A DNA stretch of 64,000 nt, from positions 28,954,001-29,018,000 of the forward strand of contig OX597842.1 in the NCBI GenBank assembly GCA_951406725.2, written 5' to 3'. The notes below the pieces were generated by a model. That model had not been told where the DNA came from and searched no databases. It saw only the letters and a list, made by a program, of their open reading frames with translations. Below are positions 50,701-59,019 of this stretch, one piece after another. The stretch is from Octopus vulgaris (lineage: Eukaryota). The position numbers were made by a program, and so were the translations under genes. Position 1 is the first letter of the stretch, and each line of letters starts with the position of its first letter.

Positions 50701-50793
50701 GACACTATTATGGAGTGTTTGCTGCAGTCATTCTTGATTGACGATTCATTGGACCATGACAATGATGAACTCTTCACAGAGGATTGTGGGTAA
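2..50793 (+). CDS. MCM3AP: Germinal-center associated nuclear protein (GANP / MCM3AP, SAC3 family, TREX-2 mRNA export scaffold); 21 exons in window, 5'-truncated
   Basis: Spliced translation shows SAC3/GANP motifs ([105 protein letters not shown]) and C-terminal MCM3AP motifs ([33 protein letters not shown]). All junctions are GT-AG and phase-compatible; exon sum 6819 nt is divisible by 3. Confidence 0.95.
2250..3970. repeat. 121-bp tandem repeat, 14 copies plus degenerate tail
   Basis: Anchor ATTATAATAGAAGACTAAC recurs at 2251, 2372, 2493, 2614 ... 3824 (period 121). Confidence 0.95.
3997..4062 (+). CDS. MCM3AP: GANP exon 2
   Basis: tttccag/ acceptor; (A)[21 protein letters not shown]; G/GTAAGG donor; phase 1-1. 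Not in ORF track. Confidence 0.88.
4381..4586 (+). CDS. MCM3AP: GANP exon 3 (start of SAC3 domain)
   Basis: cagcag/ acceptor; [30 protein letters not shown]...[11 protein letters not shown]; /GTGAG donor. Not in ORF track. Confidence 0.93.
4665..4934. repeat. 16-bp minisatellite (GTGTATTTGTGTATGT)n
   Basis: Direct reading; source of the spurious CVCVY/HTHT ORFs. Confidence 0.9.
5335..5727 (+). mobile_element. Two copies of tRNA-related SINE family B (GAGCTGGCAGAATCGTTAG...GAGTTCAAATTC...)
   Basis: A/B-box-like motifs and (TTA)n tail; same family at about 23635-23850, 41478-41695, 49365-50100 (interrupted), 51112-51316, 62717-62953. Confidence 0.75.
5762..5911 (+). CDS. MCM3AP: GANP exon 4
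   Basis: [21 protein letters not shown]...[11 protein letters not shown]; cacag/ and /GTCAGT; 150 nt. Confidence 0.93.
5992..6783 (-). mobile_element. Degenerate CR1/L2-group LINE reverse transcriptase fragment
   Basis: [16 protein letters not shown]...SYADDTK and [16 protein letters not shown] motifs, frameshifted. Confidence 0.85.
8224..8597 (+). mobile_element. tRNA-derived SINE family A with internal (TA/TG) microsatellite
   Basis: Head GGAGTGGCTGTGTGGTAAG...GGGTTCAGTCCC, 3' end ...CAGCATGGCCGCAGTCAAATGACTGAAA. Other copies at about 15545-15815(+), 18448-18850(+), 29775-30192(-), 37155-37525(-), 37976-38384(-), 40203-40615(-), 42817-43215(-), 58217-58600(+). Confidence 0.85.
9012..9283 (+). 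CDS. MCM3AP: GANP exon 5
   Basis: [23 protein letters not shown]...NLNQGDIL; atcag/ and AG/GTAAGT. Confidence 0.93.
9600..10070 (+). mobile_element. Degenerate 3' end of RTE-group LINE ORF
   Basis: [27 protein letters not shown] resembles the RTE post-RT C-terminus; similar element at 59020-59900. Confidence 0.55.
10105..10505. repeat. Three degenerate tandem units (about 150 bp) of an interspersed repeat
   Basis: GATCAAAGACGTTCCAGCTGTGACCATCCCATCTTT...GTATCTAGGACTACATTATC occurs three times; a similar three-unit array lies at about 48715-49140. Confidence 0.8.
10946..11703 (-). mobile_element. 5'-truncated RTE LINE (ORF C-terminus, long 3' UTR, (GAT)n tail)
   Basis: [37 protein letters not shown]; near-identical to 43878-44540. 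Shorter copies at about 11858-12153(+), 18919-19220(+), 40840-41305(-), 42178-42497(+), 45240-45430(+), 63548-63965(-). Confidence 0.85.
12981..13206 (+). CDS. MCM3AP: GANP exon 6
   Basis: [36 protein letters not shown]...GAKPVP; ttccag/ and /GTGAGT. Confidence 0.93.
13285..13975. repeat. C/A-rich minisatellite, variable units of about 40-55 bp (CACCACTACAACTTCAACTAGTACCACC...)
   Basis: Direct reading, about 14 units just downstream of the exon 6 donor. Confidence 0.92.
14955..15410. mobile_element. MITE-like element with long imperfect terminal inverted repeats
   Basis: CATGGAGAAAATGTTCTCTTGCGGTAAAAAAGTGTAAAAAC mirrored by GTTTTTACACCTTTTTACCATAAGAGAAAATTCTCTCCA; related copy at 43396-43803. 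Confidence 0.7.
15832..16952 (-). mobile_element. Degenerate Tc1/mariner (maT/DD37D-like) transposon remnant, interrupted by a tRNA-headed repeat at about 16560-16810
   Basis: Minus-strand WQQDSAP and [13 protein letters not shown] motifs; TA-CAGGG...CCCTG-TA ends. Confidence 0.7.
17273..17473 (+). CDS. MCM3AP: GANP exon 7 (winged-helix part of the SAC3/PCI fold)
   Basis: [27 protein letters not shown]...QPIGE; ttacag/ and /GTAAGT. Confidence 0.92.
17490..17900 (+). repeat. G-rich degenerate 18-bp minisatellite (GAGTTTAGGGTGGGGCTT)n
   Basis: Direct reading; starts about 20 nt after the exon 7 donor. Confidence 0.85.
19222..19420 (+). mobile_element. Tc1-like (DD34E) transposase fragment
   Basis: [13 protein letters not shown]...[15 protein letters not shown]. 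Confidence 0.85.
20400..20615. mobile_element. Mariner-derived MITE
   Basis: CTGAAACGTTCCTGGCTT ... AAGCCAGGAACTATTCAG inverted ends; a related copy at 46681-47938 is split by the Penelope-like insertion. Confidence 0.6.
20718..20817 (+). CDS. MCM3AP: GANP exon 8
   Basis: [23 protein letters not shown]...; gacag/ and G/GTAAT; phase 0-1. Confidence 0.9.
21050..21350 (+). mobile_element. Non-autonomous Helitron
   Basis: 5' TC, 3' CTAG, subterminal hairpin CCCGAGCAACGCCGGG, inserted between A and T; a second 3' end lies at about 28025-28100. Confidence 0.75.
21998..22799 (+). mobile_element. 5'-truncated RTE LINE 3' end with expanded subrepeats
   Basis: [21 protein letters not shown] end, 3' UTR with repeated CCGTGCCAGTGGCAC hairpins, (GAT)n tail. 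Confidence 0.82.
22940..23208 (+). CDS. MCM3AP: GANP exon 9 (low-complexity linker)
   Basis: ttctag/ phase-1 acceptor, [18 protein letters not shown]...TAILL, /GTATGT. Weak conservation, but the phases link exons 8 and 10. Confidence 0.72.
24042..26121 (-). mobile_element. Degenerate RTE LINE: RT domain, internal deletion, 3' UTR
   Basis: [77 protein letters not shown]; (GAT)n tail at left. Confidence 0.92.
27090..27521 (-). mobile_element. CR1-type LINE 3' fragment with (TAAC)n tail
   Basis: [21 protein letters not shown]...LRGHSEKL...[13 protein letters not shown]; other copies at about 46245-46570 and 49495-50035. Confidence 0.88.
27588..27742 (+). CDS. MCM3AP: GANP exon 10 (CID-like helix)
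   Basis: tttcag/ [24 protein letters not shown]...VVNREM; CG/GTAAT; phase 0-2. Not in + ORF track. Confidence 0.8.
28175..28942 (+). CDS. MCM3AP: GANP exon 11 (E/K/R-rich helical segment)
   Basis: ttgcag/ phase 2, open 768 nt, ends [20 protein letters not shown]; AG/GTGAGT. Confidence 0.85.
30255..30805 (+). CDS. MCM3AP: GANP exon 12 (CID end, start of MCM3AP domain)
   Basis: ttctag/ [15 protein letters not shown]...ILECWKQRQ...MFPSWP...[11 protein letters not shown]; G/GTAAG. Confidence 0.9.
31207..32558 (-). mobile_element. Degenerate mariner transposon with both TIRs and TA target duplication
   Basis: TIRs TGGGTCATCCCATAAA / TTTATGGGATGACCCA; [28 protein letters not shown] motifs. Confidence 0.9.
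32077..32297. mobile_element. piggyBac-type MITE nested in the mariner
   Basis: TTAA-CCCTTTCGTTAC ... GTAACGAAAGGG-TTAA. Confidence 0.85.
33226..33383 (+). CDS. MCM3AP: GANP exon 13
   Basis: [16 protein letters not shown]...DWLKAKL...DVDN; ttcag/ and /GTAAGT. Confidence 0.9.
34457..34666 (+). CDS. MCM3AP: GANP exon 14
   Basis: MSILSLY...[10 protein letters not shown]...DDDKE; tttcag/ and /GTAAGT. Confidence 0.88.
35230..35970 (+). mobile_element. Degenerate mariner transposase remnant
   Basis: [11 protein letters not shown] and [12 protein letters not shown] motifs; TIR-like right end TTTTGGGTACCCCCTTGTA. Confidence 0.7.
35988..36292. repeat. About 300-bp imperfect foldback with degenerate hammerhead motifs in both arms
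   Basis: AAAAGATCCCTACACGTTTCAATCCGGCCACTAGGTGAACATTGCTTTGGAT mirrors ATCCAAAGCAATGTTCACTTAGTGGCTGGATTAAAACATGTGTAGGCATCTTTT. Confidence 0.8.
36869..37132 (+). CDS. MCM3AP: GANP exon 15
   Basis: [30 protein letters not shown]...AVETM; cacag/ and /GTAAGT. Confidence 0.9.
38454..38615 (+). CDS. MCM3AP: GANP exon 16
   Basis: [16 protein letters not shown]...GYLQQ; ttgcag/ and /GTAAGG. Confidence 0.9.
38996..39134 (+). CDS. MCM3AP: GANP exon 17
   Basis: [16 protein letters not shown]...YSWPVTEF...; ctcag/ and G/GTGAGT. Confidence 0.9.
39355..39883. repeat. Interspersed repeat with internal 230-bp near-perfect tandem duplication
   Basis: CTCCGGCAGGGGATGGTGG starts at 39392 and again at 39622. 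Confidence 0.85.
41811..42009 (+). CDS. MCM3AP: GANP exon 18
   Basis: [27 protein letters not shown]...DLVS; cttcag/ and AG/GTAAGG. Confidence 0.9.
42624..42816. repeat. About 190-bp hairpin (inverted repeat, short loop)
   Basis: GACAACATTGGTTTTATTCCAAAGG mirrors CCTTTGGAATAAAACCAATGTTGTC. Confidence 0.88.
43878..44665 (-). mobile_element. 5'-truncated RTE LINE (ORF C-terminus plus 3' UTR)
   Basis: [23 protein letters not shown]...[11 protein letters not shown]... followed by the shared 3' UTR and (GAT)n tail. Confidence 0.9.
44950..45127 (+). CDS. MCM3AP: GANP exon 19
   Basis: [12 protein letters not shown]...[13 protein letters not shown]...STDT; accag/ and /GTGAGT. Confidence 0.88.
45748..45844 (-). 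ncRNA. Type I hammerhead-like motif (U3 variant)
   Basis: Minus strand: UUGAC-UUGACGA-GUGGC(long AU-rich stem II)GUCAC-GAAA-CGCACGU-A-GUCGA. Confidence 0.55.
46745..47800 (+). mobile_element. Penelope-like element remnant: RT-thumb/GIY-YIG fragment between inverted terminal repeats
   Basis: [15 protein letters not shown]...VFKSNTTL...YSIPCSCGK...[10 protein letters not shown]...RKLKEA...IWEPVL (47050-47504); repeat 47513-47800 has an inverted copy at 46745-47000. Confidence 0.82.
48579..48684 (+). CDS. MCM3AP: GANP exon 20
   Basis: gctag/ [35 protein letters not shown]; G/GTAAGT. Confidence 0.82.
50153..50793 (+). CDS. MCM3AP: GANP terminal coding exon 21
   Basis: ccacag/ phase-1 acceptor in frame with ORF 50293-50793; C-terminal [13 protein letters not shown] helix; TAA stop. 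Confidence 0.82.
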
Positions 50794-51076
50794 TTGCTAG
50801 GGATTTTGGGTAATAATTCGGGATTATAAGCAATAACTGGATGCTGGAGGTAATAACCAGGGCTATGAATCAGCTGGAGTTCTAGGTTCAAACCCCACTG
50901 GGGTCGACTTTGCTTTTCATCTTTATGGGGTTGTTAAAATAAAAATGTACCAGTCATGTCTGGGTGTTGATTTCATCATTTGATTGCTGATAGCTGCCCC
51001 AACCTCTTTGTCCCATAAATCTCCAGCCTTGTGCTTTGATTTTATAATTGCTGCTCTTCAGGCAAACTTTTAAACC

Positions 51077-51108
<32 letters not shown>

Positions 51109-51318
51109 ATGAAGGCAGTGAGTTGGCAGAAACATTAGCAGACTGCACGAAATGCTTAGCAGTATTTCGTCTGTCTTCATGTTCTGAGTTCAAATGTCAC
51201 CAGGGTCAACTTTGCCTTTCATCTTTTCGGGGTCAATAAATTAAGTACCAATGAAACACTAGGGTCAATGTAATTGACACATTCCCTCCCCTCAAATTTT
51301 GCTTCTAGTAGAAAGGAG

Positions 51319-51363
<45 letters not shown>

Positions 51364-52170
51364 GAGTGAGCGACCAGAGCATGCCATCAAAGTGACGCTG
51401 GGGTAAAATATACAAAGCCCATTGTACCCATCATGACTACCCGTCTGATAAGGGTACACCAGGCACATGCATCACAACCATATGTGCGCGATATGGTGAT
51501 CTCATATCAAGATAAACAGCACATGACCTTGCAGGTGGGGCCCAGTTAGAATTTTCTTCAGATCGAGTAGCCCATCCTGCTCAAAAGGTCCCTGAATAAG
51601 GATTGTTTAAGGATGTTGAACGAACCACCCATGTTTCCAGAGGTGAACTATTCAAACCCCAAAGAATCCCTCTCGACACATGGCTATGATGCTTCCCCAC
51701 TACTTCTGCTCGTGATCAGAGATGCACATATCGTCAGCCACTAAGGGACATGCTCAACTGGTTACGGTCAAACAACTGACAAGCAAATCTGTGGTATTGA
51801 GCAGAATATTTGCTGTGGCCCATCTTTTATACCAAGACAAAACAATGTACATGATAACACTTCCAATCAGTTTATTATTATTATTATTATTACTATTATT
51901 ATCAAGCTCACAACTTACATTTTCTACAGTGATTGGTCCCAAGAATCCCCTAAAAGATCTCTCTCCCTTTCACCAATCTCCAAATCCATGGTCTTGGGCC
52001 AATGTAAACAAGCCTCATCATCATCATCTTTGTATAGATATAAAATCCAGTTTACTTTTGAAGAAAATGACATTTGAACAGACCTTTTTTTCTATGAAAA
52101 TGAAAAGTTTGATTCATTGTTGGGAAAACAATATTTTTCTAAAAGACACATCGATGTCAGTTAGTCTGAA

Positions 52171-52253
<83 letters not shown>

Positions 52254-52282
52254 ATGTATATACATATGTATGTATATATGTA

Positions 52283-52331
<49 letters not shown>

Positions 52332-52503
52332 GTATGTATGAATAATATATATATTATGTATGTATGTATGAATATATATATATATATGTATGTATGTATG
52401 AATATATATATATATATATGTATGTATGTATGTATGTATATATACAGCCTCGAAAATTGTAAAGAAATTTCAAAAGACTGATTCCACTGCAGATCAACCT
52501 GGA

Positions 52504-52720
52504 CATGGCCAAAAAAGAAGTGTGAAGACCCCTCAGTTATGACCCTTTATATTTTCCAAAATCTCTAATTGGTTGGTCATGGCCAAAAAAGAAGCGTGAA
52601 GACCCCTCAGTTATGACCCTTTATATTTTCCAAAATCTCTAATTGGTTGGTCATGGCCAAAAAAGAAGTGTGAAGACCCCTCAGTTATGACCCTTTATAT
52701 TTTCCAAAATCTCTAATTGG
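52504..52720. repeat. 74-bp tandem repeat, 3 copies
   Basis: CATGGCCAAAAA starts at 52504, 52578, 52652. Confidence 0.9.
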
Positions 52721-53301
52721 TGGGTGGGAGAAAGATATCCCGCAAACAGGAGGCCTAACAGGACTGCATACAACTGATAAATCCTCTCCTAAAAGGGCCC
52801 CGAATGTCAGGTGAGGATTTTAGAAAAGGATTAAGTCTATCACCAAATACTGCAAGATATTTCAAGCTATGTATATGATATGTGGGTTATGTAGTTTACT
52901 CTTGAAATCATTGAGCTGTGGCCATGCTAGGGTTTATGTCCCCGTTACATAACGGTTCGGCAAAAGAGACCGATAGAATAAGTACTGGGCTTACAAAAGA
53001 ATAAGTCCCGGGGTCGAGTTGCTCGATTAAAGGCGGTGCCCCAGCATGGCCGCAGTCAAATGACAAACAAATAAAAGAGTATACACATATATACACACAC
53101 ACACATGCATATATACATACACACACACATATATACATATACAGATGCACACACACATATACATGCACGCACACACACATACATATACAGACACACACAT
53201 ATATACTCACAAACGCACATACACATATACATACACACACATAATACACACACATACACACAGCTAATAATGTAACATAAGTGCAGTGTGTATAAAACTT
53301 G

Positions 53302-53367
<66 letters not shown>

Positions 53368-53374
53368 TACATGC

Positions 53375-54344
53375 ATACATATATACGCCCATGCACACAC
53401 ACATACACACAGACAGACAAACCAAAGCCTTGTGGGTGGATTTTGTAGACAGAAACTGAAAGGAATCAATTGTATATATGTATATGTAAGTGTACGTGTG
53501 TCTTTGTCTCTGTGTTTCCCCCTCGTCACTGCTTCACAACTGCTGTTCGTTTATTTACACCCCCATAACTTACTGGTTTCACAAGAAGAAACTGATAGAA
53601 TAAGTACCAGGCTTATCAAAATAAAAAATCATTTACCAGTGTCTCACATTTTTGTTTGCCCACTCAGTTGTGTCTATCAATCTATCTTTTGTGTCTATCT
53701 GTGTGTAAATATATATATATATATATCTCATTTTCTCTTTTTTACTTGTTTCAGTCATTTTGACTGTGGCCATGCTGGAGCACCGCCTTTAATCGAGCAA
53801 CTTGATCCCGGGACTTATTCTTTTGTAAGCCCAGTACTTCTTTTATCGGACTCTTTTGCGGTTCGGCAAAAGAGACCAAAAGAATAAGTACTGGGCTTAC
53901 AAAGAATAAGTCCCGGAGTCGATATGCTCGATTAAAGGCACTGCTCCAGCATGGCCACAGTCAAAATGACTGAAACAAGTAAAAAAGAGAAAATGAGATA
54001 TATATATATATATATATATATTTACACACAGATAGACACAAAAGATAGATTGATAGACACAACTGAGTGGGCAAACAAAAATGTGAGACACTGGTAAATG
54101 ATTTTTTATTTTGATAAGCCTGGTACTTATTCTATCAGTTTCTTCTTGTGAAACCAGTAAGTTATGGGGGTGTAAATAAACGAACAGCAGTTGTGAAGCA
54201 GTGACGAGGGGGAAACACAGAGACAAAGACACACGTACACTTACATATACATATATACAATTGATTCCTTTCAGTTTCTGTCTACAAAATCCACCCACAA
54301 GGCTTTGGTTTGTCTGTCTGTGTGTATGTGTGTGTGCATGGGCG

Positions 54345-54355
<11 letters not shown>
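53375..54355. repeat. About 1-kb DNA palindrome (6-nt spacer), bounded by (TA)n tracts
   Basis: Centre CTCTTTTGC-GGTTCG-GCAAAAGAG at 53851-53874; matching ORF translations on opposite strands (53056-53529 minus vs 54201-54437 plus). Confidence 0.95.
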
Positions 54356-54440
<85 letters not shown>

Positions 54441-54710
54441 TCAGTAACAATAAAGGGTGAAATTAATTAATTTGGAATAATTATTAATTACACCAAGTAG
54501 ATTTCGGCATGTAAAAGCCTCATTCGAGGAAAATTTAAGTAATACTAAGCAATTAAGGGTTTAGCAACGAATGGGCTGGTGACACAAACTTTCATTCACA
54601 CTTTGAATTTCGTGGTACTGGTAATGCTTTAAGCTCGCTCTGACACTGAGTTGAGATGATGCCTTCTAGTATCTCAAAATTTAATATACAATTATTCATA
54701 ATTGTAGTAT

Positions 54711-54802
54711 CCTACGCTGATGAGAAAAGAAGTTTGGGTAAGGTAGAATTTTCTAATTCTTATGCTTTCCTAAAACTTGATTTCGAAACGTACGTCCGTA
54801 GG
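54711..54802 (+). ncRNA. Type I hammerhead ribozyme motif, intact core
   Basis: CCUACG-CUGAUGA-GAAA(extended stem II)UUUC-GAA-ACGUACGU-C-CGUAGG; predicted cleavage after C54796. Confidence 0.85.
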
Positions 54803-55065
54803 TGACTTAAAATTGTATGATAGATTGCCGTCATTTTATTCTCTCTTACCTGTCTGTGTTTGCCTTTCAAGTGCTGTGTTTTTACTGAGATCCCCCTTTT
54901 AGTAGAAAGAATAGCTATAACTCTTTGACTGCTATTTCTAAATTCGGTGTGTGGTGAGGCAATTCGTTGCTAAACCCTTAATTGCTTAGTATATATATAT
55001 ATATATAGATAGATAGATAGATAGATATGTACATATTACATGTACATTTATATATATACATCTAC

Positions 55066-55116
<51 letters not shown>

Positions 55117-55403
55117 TAATAATATAGGGTGAAATTAATTAATTTGGAGAAATCATCAATTCCACCAAGTAGATTTCGGCATGTAAAAGCCCCGTTCGAG
55201 GAAAGTTTAAGTAATACTAAGTAATTAAGGGTTTAGCAACGATTTGCCTCACCACACACCGAATTTAGAAATAGCAGTCAAAGAGTTGTAGCTATTCTTT
55301 CTACTAAAAGGGAGATCTCAGTAAAACCACAGCACTTGGAAGGCAAACACAGACAGGCAAGAGAGAAAGATATGACGACAATCGATCATACAATATTAAG
55401 TCA

Positions 55404-55494
55404 CCTACGGACGTACGTTTCGAAATTAAGTTTTAGGAAAGCATAAGAATTACATAATTATGTCTTACCCCACTTCTTTTCTCATCAGCGTAGG
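55404..55494 (-). ncRNA. Type I hammerhead ribozyme motif, intact core
   Basis: Minus strand gives the same CCUACG-CUGAUGA-G...UUUC-GAAACGUACGUC-CGUAGG with a diverged stem II. Confidence 0.85.
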
Positions 55495-56143
55495 ACACTA
55501 CAATTATGAATAATTGTATATTAAATTTCGAGGCACTAAAAAAGACATCATCTCAACTCATAGTATCAGAGCGAGCTAAAGCCGTTCCCAGTACCACCAA
55601 ATTCAAAGTGTGAATGAAAGTTTGTTCTATCAGCCCTCCTACCAGCGTGCAGCCAAGACAATATGTTGCGGTCATTTACTGGGATTAAATATGGTTATCA
55701 GTAATAATATAGGGTGAAATTAATTAATTTGGAGAAATCATCAATTCCACCAAGTAGATTTCGGCATGTAAAAGCCCCGTTCGAGGAAAGTTTAAGTAAT
55801 ACTAAGTAATTAAGGGTTTAGCAACGATTTGTATGATCGATTGTCGTCATATCTTTCTCTCTTGCCTGTCTGTGTTTGCCTTCCAAGTGCTGTGGTTTTA
55901 TTGAGATCTCCCTTTTAGTAGAAAGAATAGCTACAACTCTTTGACTGCTATTTCTAAATTCGGTGTGTGGTGAGGCAAATCGTTGCTAAACCCTTAATTA
56001 CTTAGTATATATATATATACATACATATATATATATATATATATACACATGTATATATATACACAGCTATATATATATATACATTTGTGAAGATGTATAC
56101 ATATATATAAACGGACGCTAAATGATGGTGATGACGATGATGA

Positions 56144-56178
<35 letters not shown>

Positions 56179-56185
56179 TAATATA

Positions 56186-56221
<36 letters not shown>

Positions 56222-56371
56222 TGCCTATATATATGTGAGATAACAGTTTCACTTTAATAGTTTCAGTATCAAATTGAAAATATCTGAAATTACATTAGAG
56301 AGATGTTATTGTTTCACTTTTAACACGTAATACTGAAATAGTGGAGGAGATATGATATTGTTCTGGGCTCG

Positions 56372-56910
<539 letters not shown>

Positions 56911-56923
56911 CACATTCTCATCT

Positions 56924-56960
<37 letters not shown>

Positions 56961-57525
56961 TGTATGTATGTATGTATGTATGTATGTATGTATGTATGTA
57001 TGTATGTGTATATGTATGTGTGTTCTCCCAACATCACTTGACAACCGATGCTGGTGTGTTTACGTCCCCGTCATGTAGCGGTTCGGCAAAAGAGATCGAT
57101 AGAATAAGTACTAGAATTTATAAGCCTAGTACTTTAGTCGATTTGCTCGACTAAAGGCAGTGCTCCAGCATGGCGGCAGTCAAATATATACATACATACA
57201 TATACTTAAACATATGTGTGTGTATGTATGTATGTATATTTGTATGTATGTATGTATGTATAGTTATGGTATATTATGTTAAGAACATAGTACAGTACAA
57301 TATAAAGTACGCCCACCCTATATATCGCCTGAGGAAACACATCATGATCTCATAATGCAGGGAAACAGTTGCATAATCAAGTACCTGCACTCCTGGAGAA
57401 CTACATTGCGTGGAAACAATTGTAGTGATTAAAAAATAAACAACCAGCCGTACCCCTTTTTGTTGAGTCAATTATATATGTATATATGTATATGTGTTTG
57501 TGTATGTATGTATGTATGTATATGC

Positions 57526-57574
<49 letters not shown>

Positions 57575-57799
57575 CATATATATATGTATGTATGTATATA
57601 TATATATTGTTACAAATGGGAAAAATTATGCTTAGATAATTTCTCGTCCGCAGAACGCGAATTAGAACACCGCCCTCTGGTTTTGTAAACGAAGGCAGTG
57701 TGATTTTGGCGTACGTGACTTTTTAAGCGAACATGGTTTTAAAAAGTAGTACTGCCACATTATGTAGGTAAATAAACTTTACTCTCTCTCTAAGTTTAT

Positions 57800-57855
<56 letters not shown>

Positions 57856-58399
57856 ATTTTTTAAAATCATTTTTACTCGTTTCAGCCGTGCGACTGTAGT
57901 CATACGTGTGTTCAAATGATGCTAAGTTTATCAATTTCGGAAAGATGAAAGAAAAAGTCAACCTCGTCGGAATTTGGAATCAGAACGTAAAGACGGACAA
58001 AACACCGCTAAGCACTTTGTCCGGCATGCTAACGATTCTGCCAGCTCACCGCTTTTTTGTGTCCATTAACATCAGTGACTTCAAGAAATCCAATTATTGC
58101 GACTCATTCTATTACAAACAACAGCAATAAAAACAACCTCAGTTGCCGAGCTACGGCGAAATAGCAGCCAAATCTCCCTCAAATATAACCAAATGATATA
58201 CAGATCACAAGTGCATAGGCGCAGGCACGGATGTGTGGGAAGACGTTTCCTTCTCAACCATATGGTTCCGGGTTCACTTCATGGGATCTTAGGCGAGTGT
58301 CTTCCACTGTAGCCGCGGACTGACCAAAGCTTTGTGAGTGGATTTGGTAGATGGAAACTGAAAGGAAGCTTGTTGCCTGTATACATATGTGTGTATGTT

Positions 58400-58450
<51 letters not shown>

Positions 58451-59019
58451 GTGTATCTTTCTGTCGGTTCGTCCCCGGCGTTGCTTTCTTTACATCCATG
58501 TAACTTAACGGTTGAATAATTTACCAGGCTGTAAAAAATAAGTCAATTCATTCGACTAGAATTTCTTGAAGGCGGTGCCCCAGCATGGACGCAGTCTATT
58601 GTCAAAATATACAAAAGATACATAAAACACAAGTCATTCAAATGAATAAATATATTAAAGAAATTTTTTTTAAATTACGAAAATTGCTAAATAAATATTT
58701 TCAGCGTTGATATACATATGTGTGTGGCAATAGCTGCGTGTATGTTGGCGCCAGTTGGTTACTGTGTGTGGGTGTATGTGATATTATCTGTGTGCGTGTG
58801 TGTGTGTGATAGTATCTGTGTGCTTGTTCTAATGTGGCTCTGAGAAGTCAGCAGCTACAGTGGGTGGGTGTAGCCGTGCATGCGTGTGTGTTTGCATGTG
58901 TGCGTAGATGGACGGATCAATAGGTAGTCAGAAGGAGTTTGAAGGGTGTGTGAATGTGTGTGTGTGTGTGTGTGTGTGTCTCCCTCTCTTTGTCACTTTG
59001 TCTCTCTGCGATGCAGCCA

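Larger units (their letters stand above)
54437..56007. mobile_element. Hammerhead-bearing non-coding element (Penelope pseudo-LTR / retrozyme-like), tandem and inverted copies
   Basis: Head block at 54437, 55111 and 55696; 54572-54992 is the reverse complement of about 55215-55636; 55830-56007 is a shorter inverted copy. Confidence 0.8.

Noticed and set aside
50938-50943. GANP polyadenylation signal AATAAA
   Set aside because: Lies inside a SINE-B fragment in AT-rich DNA with other candidates nearby; cannot be assigned without transcript data.
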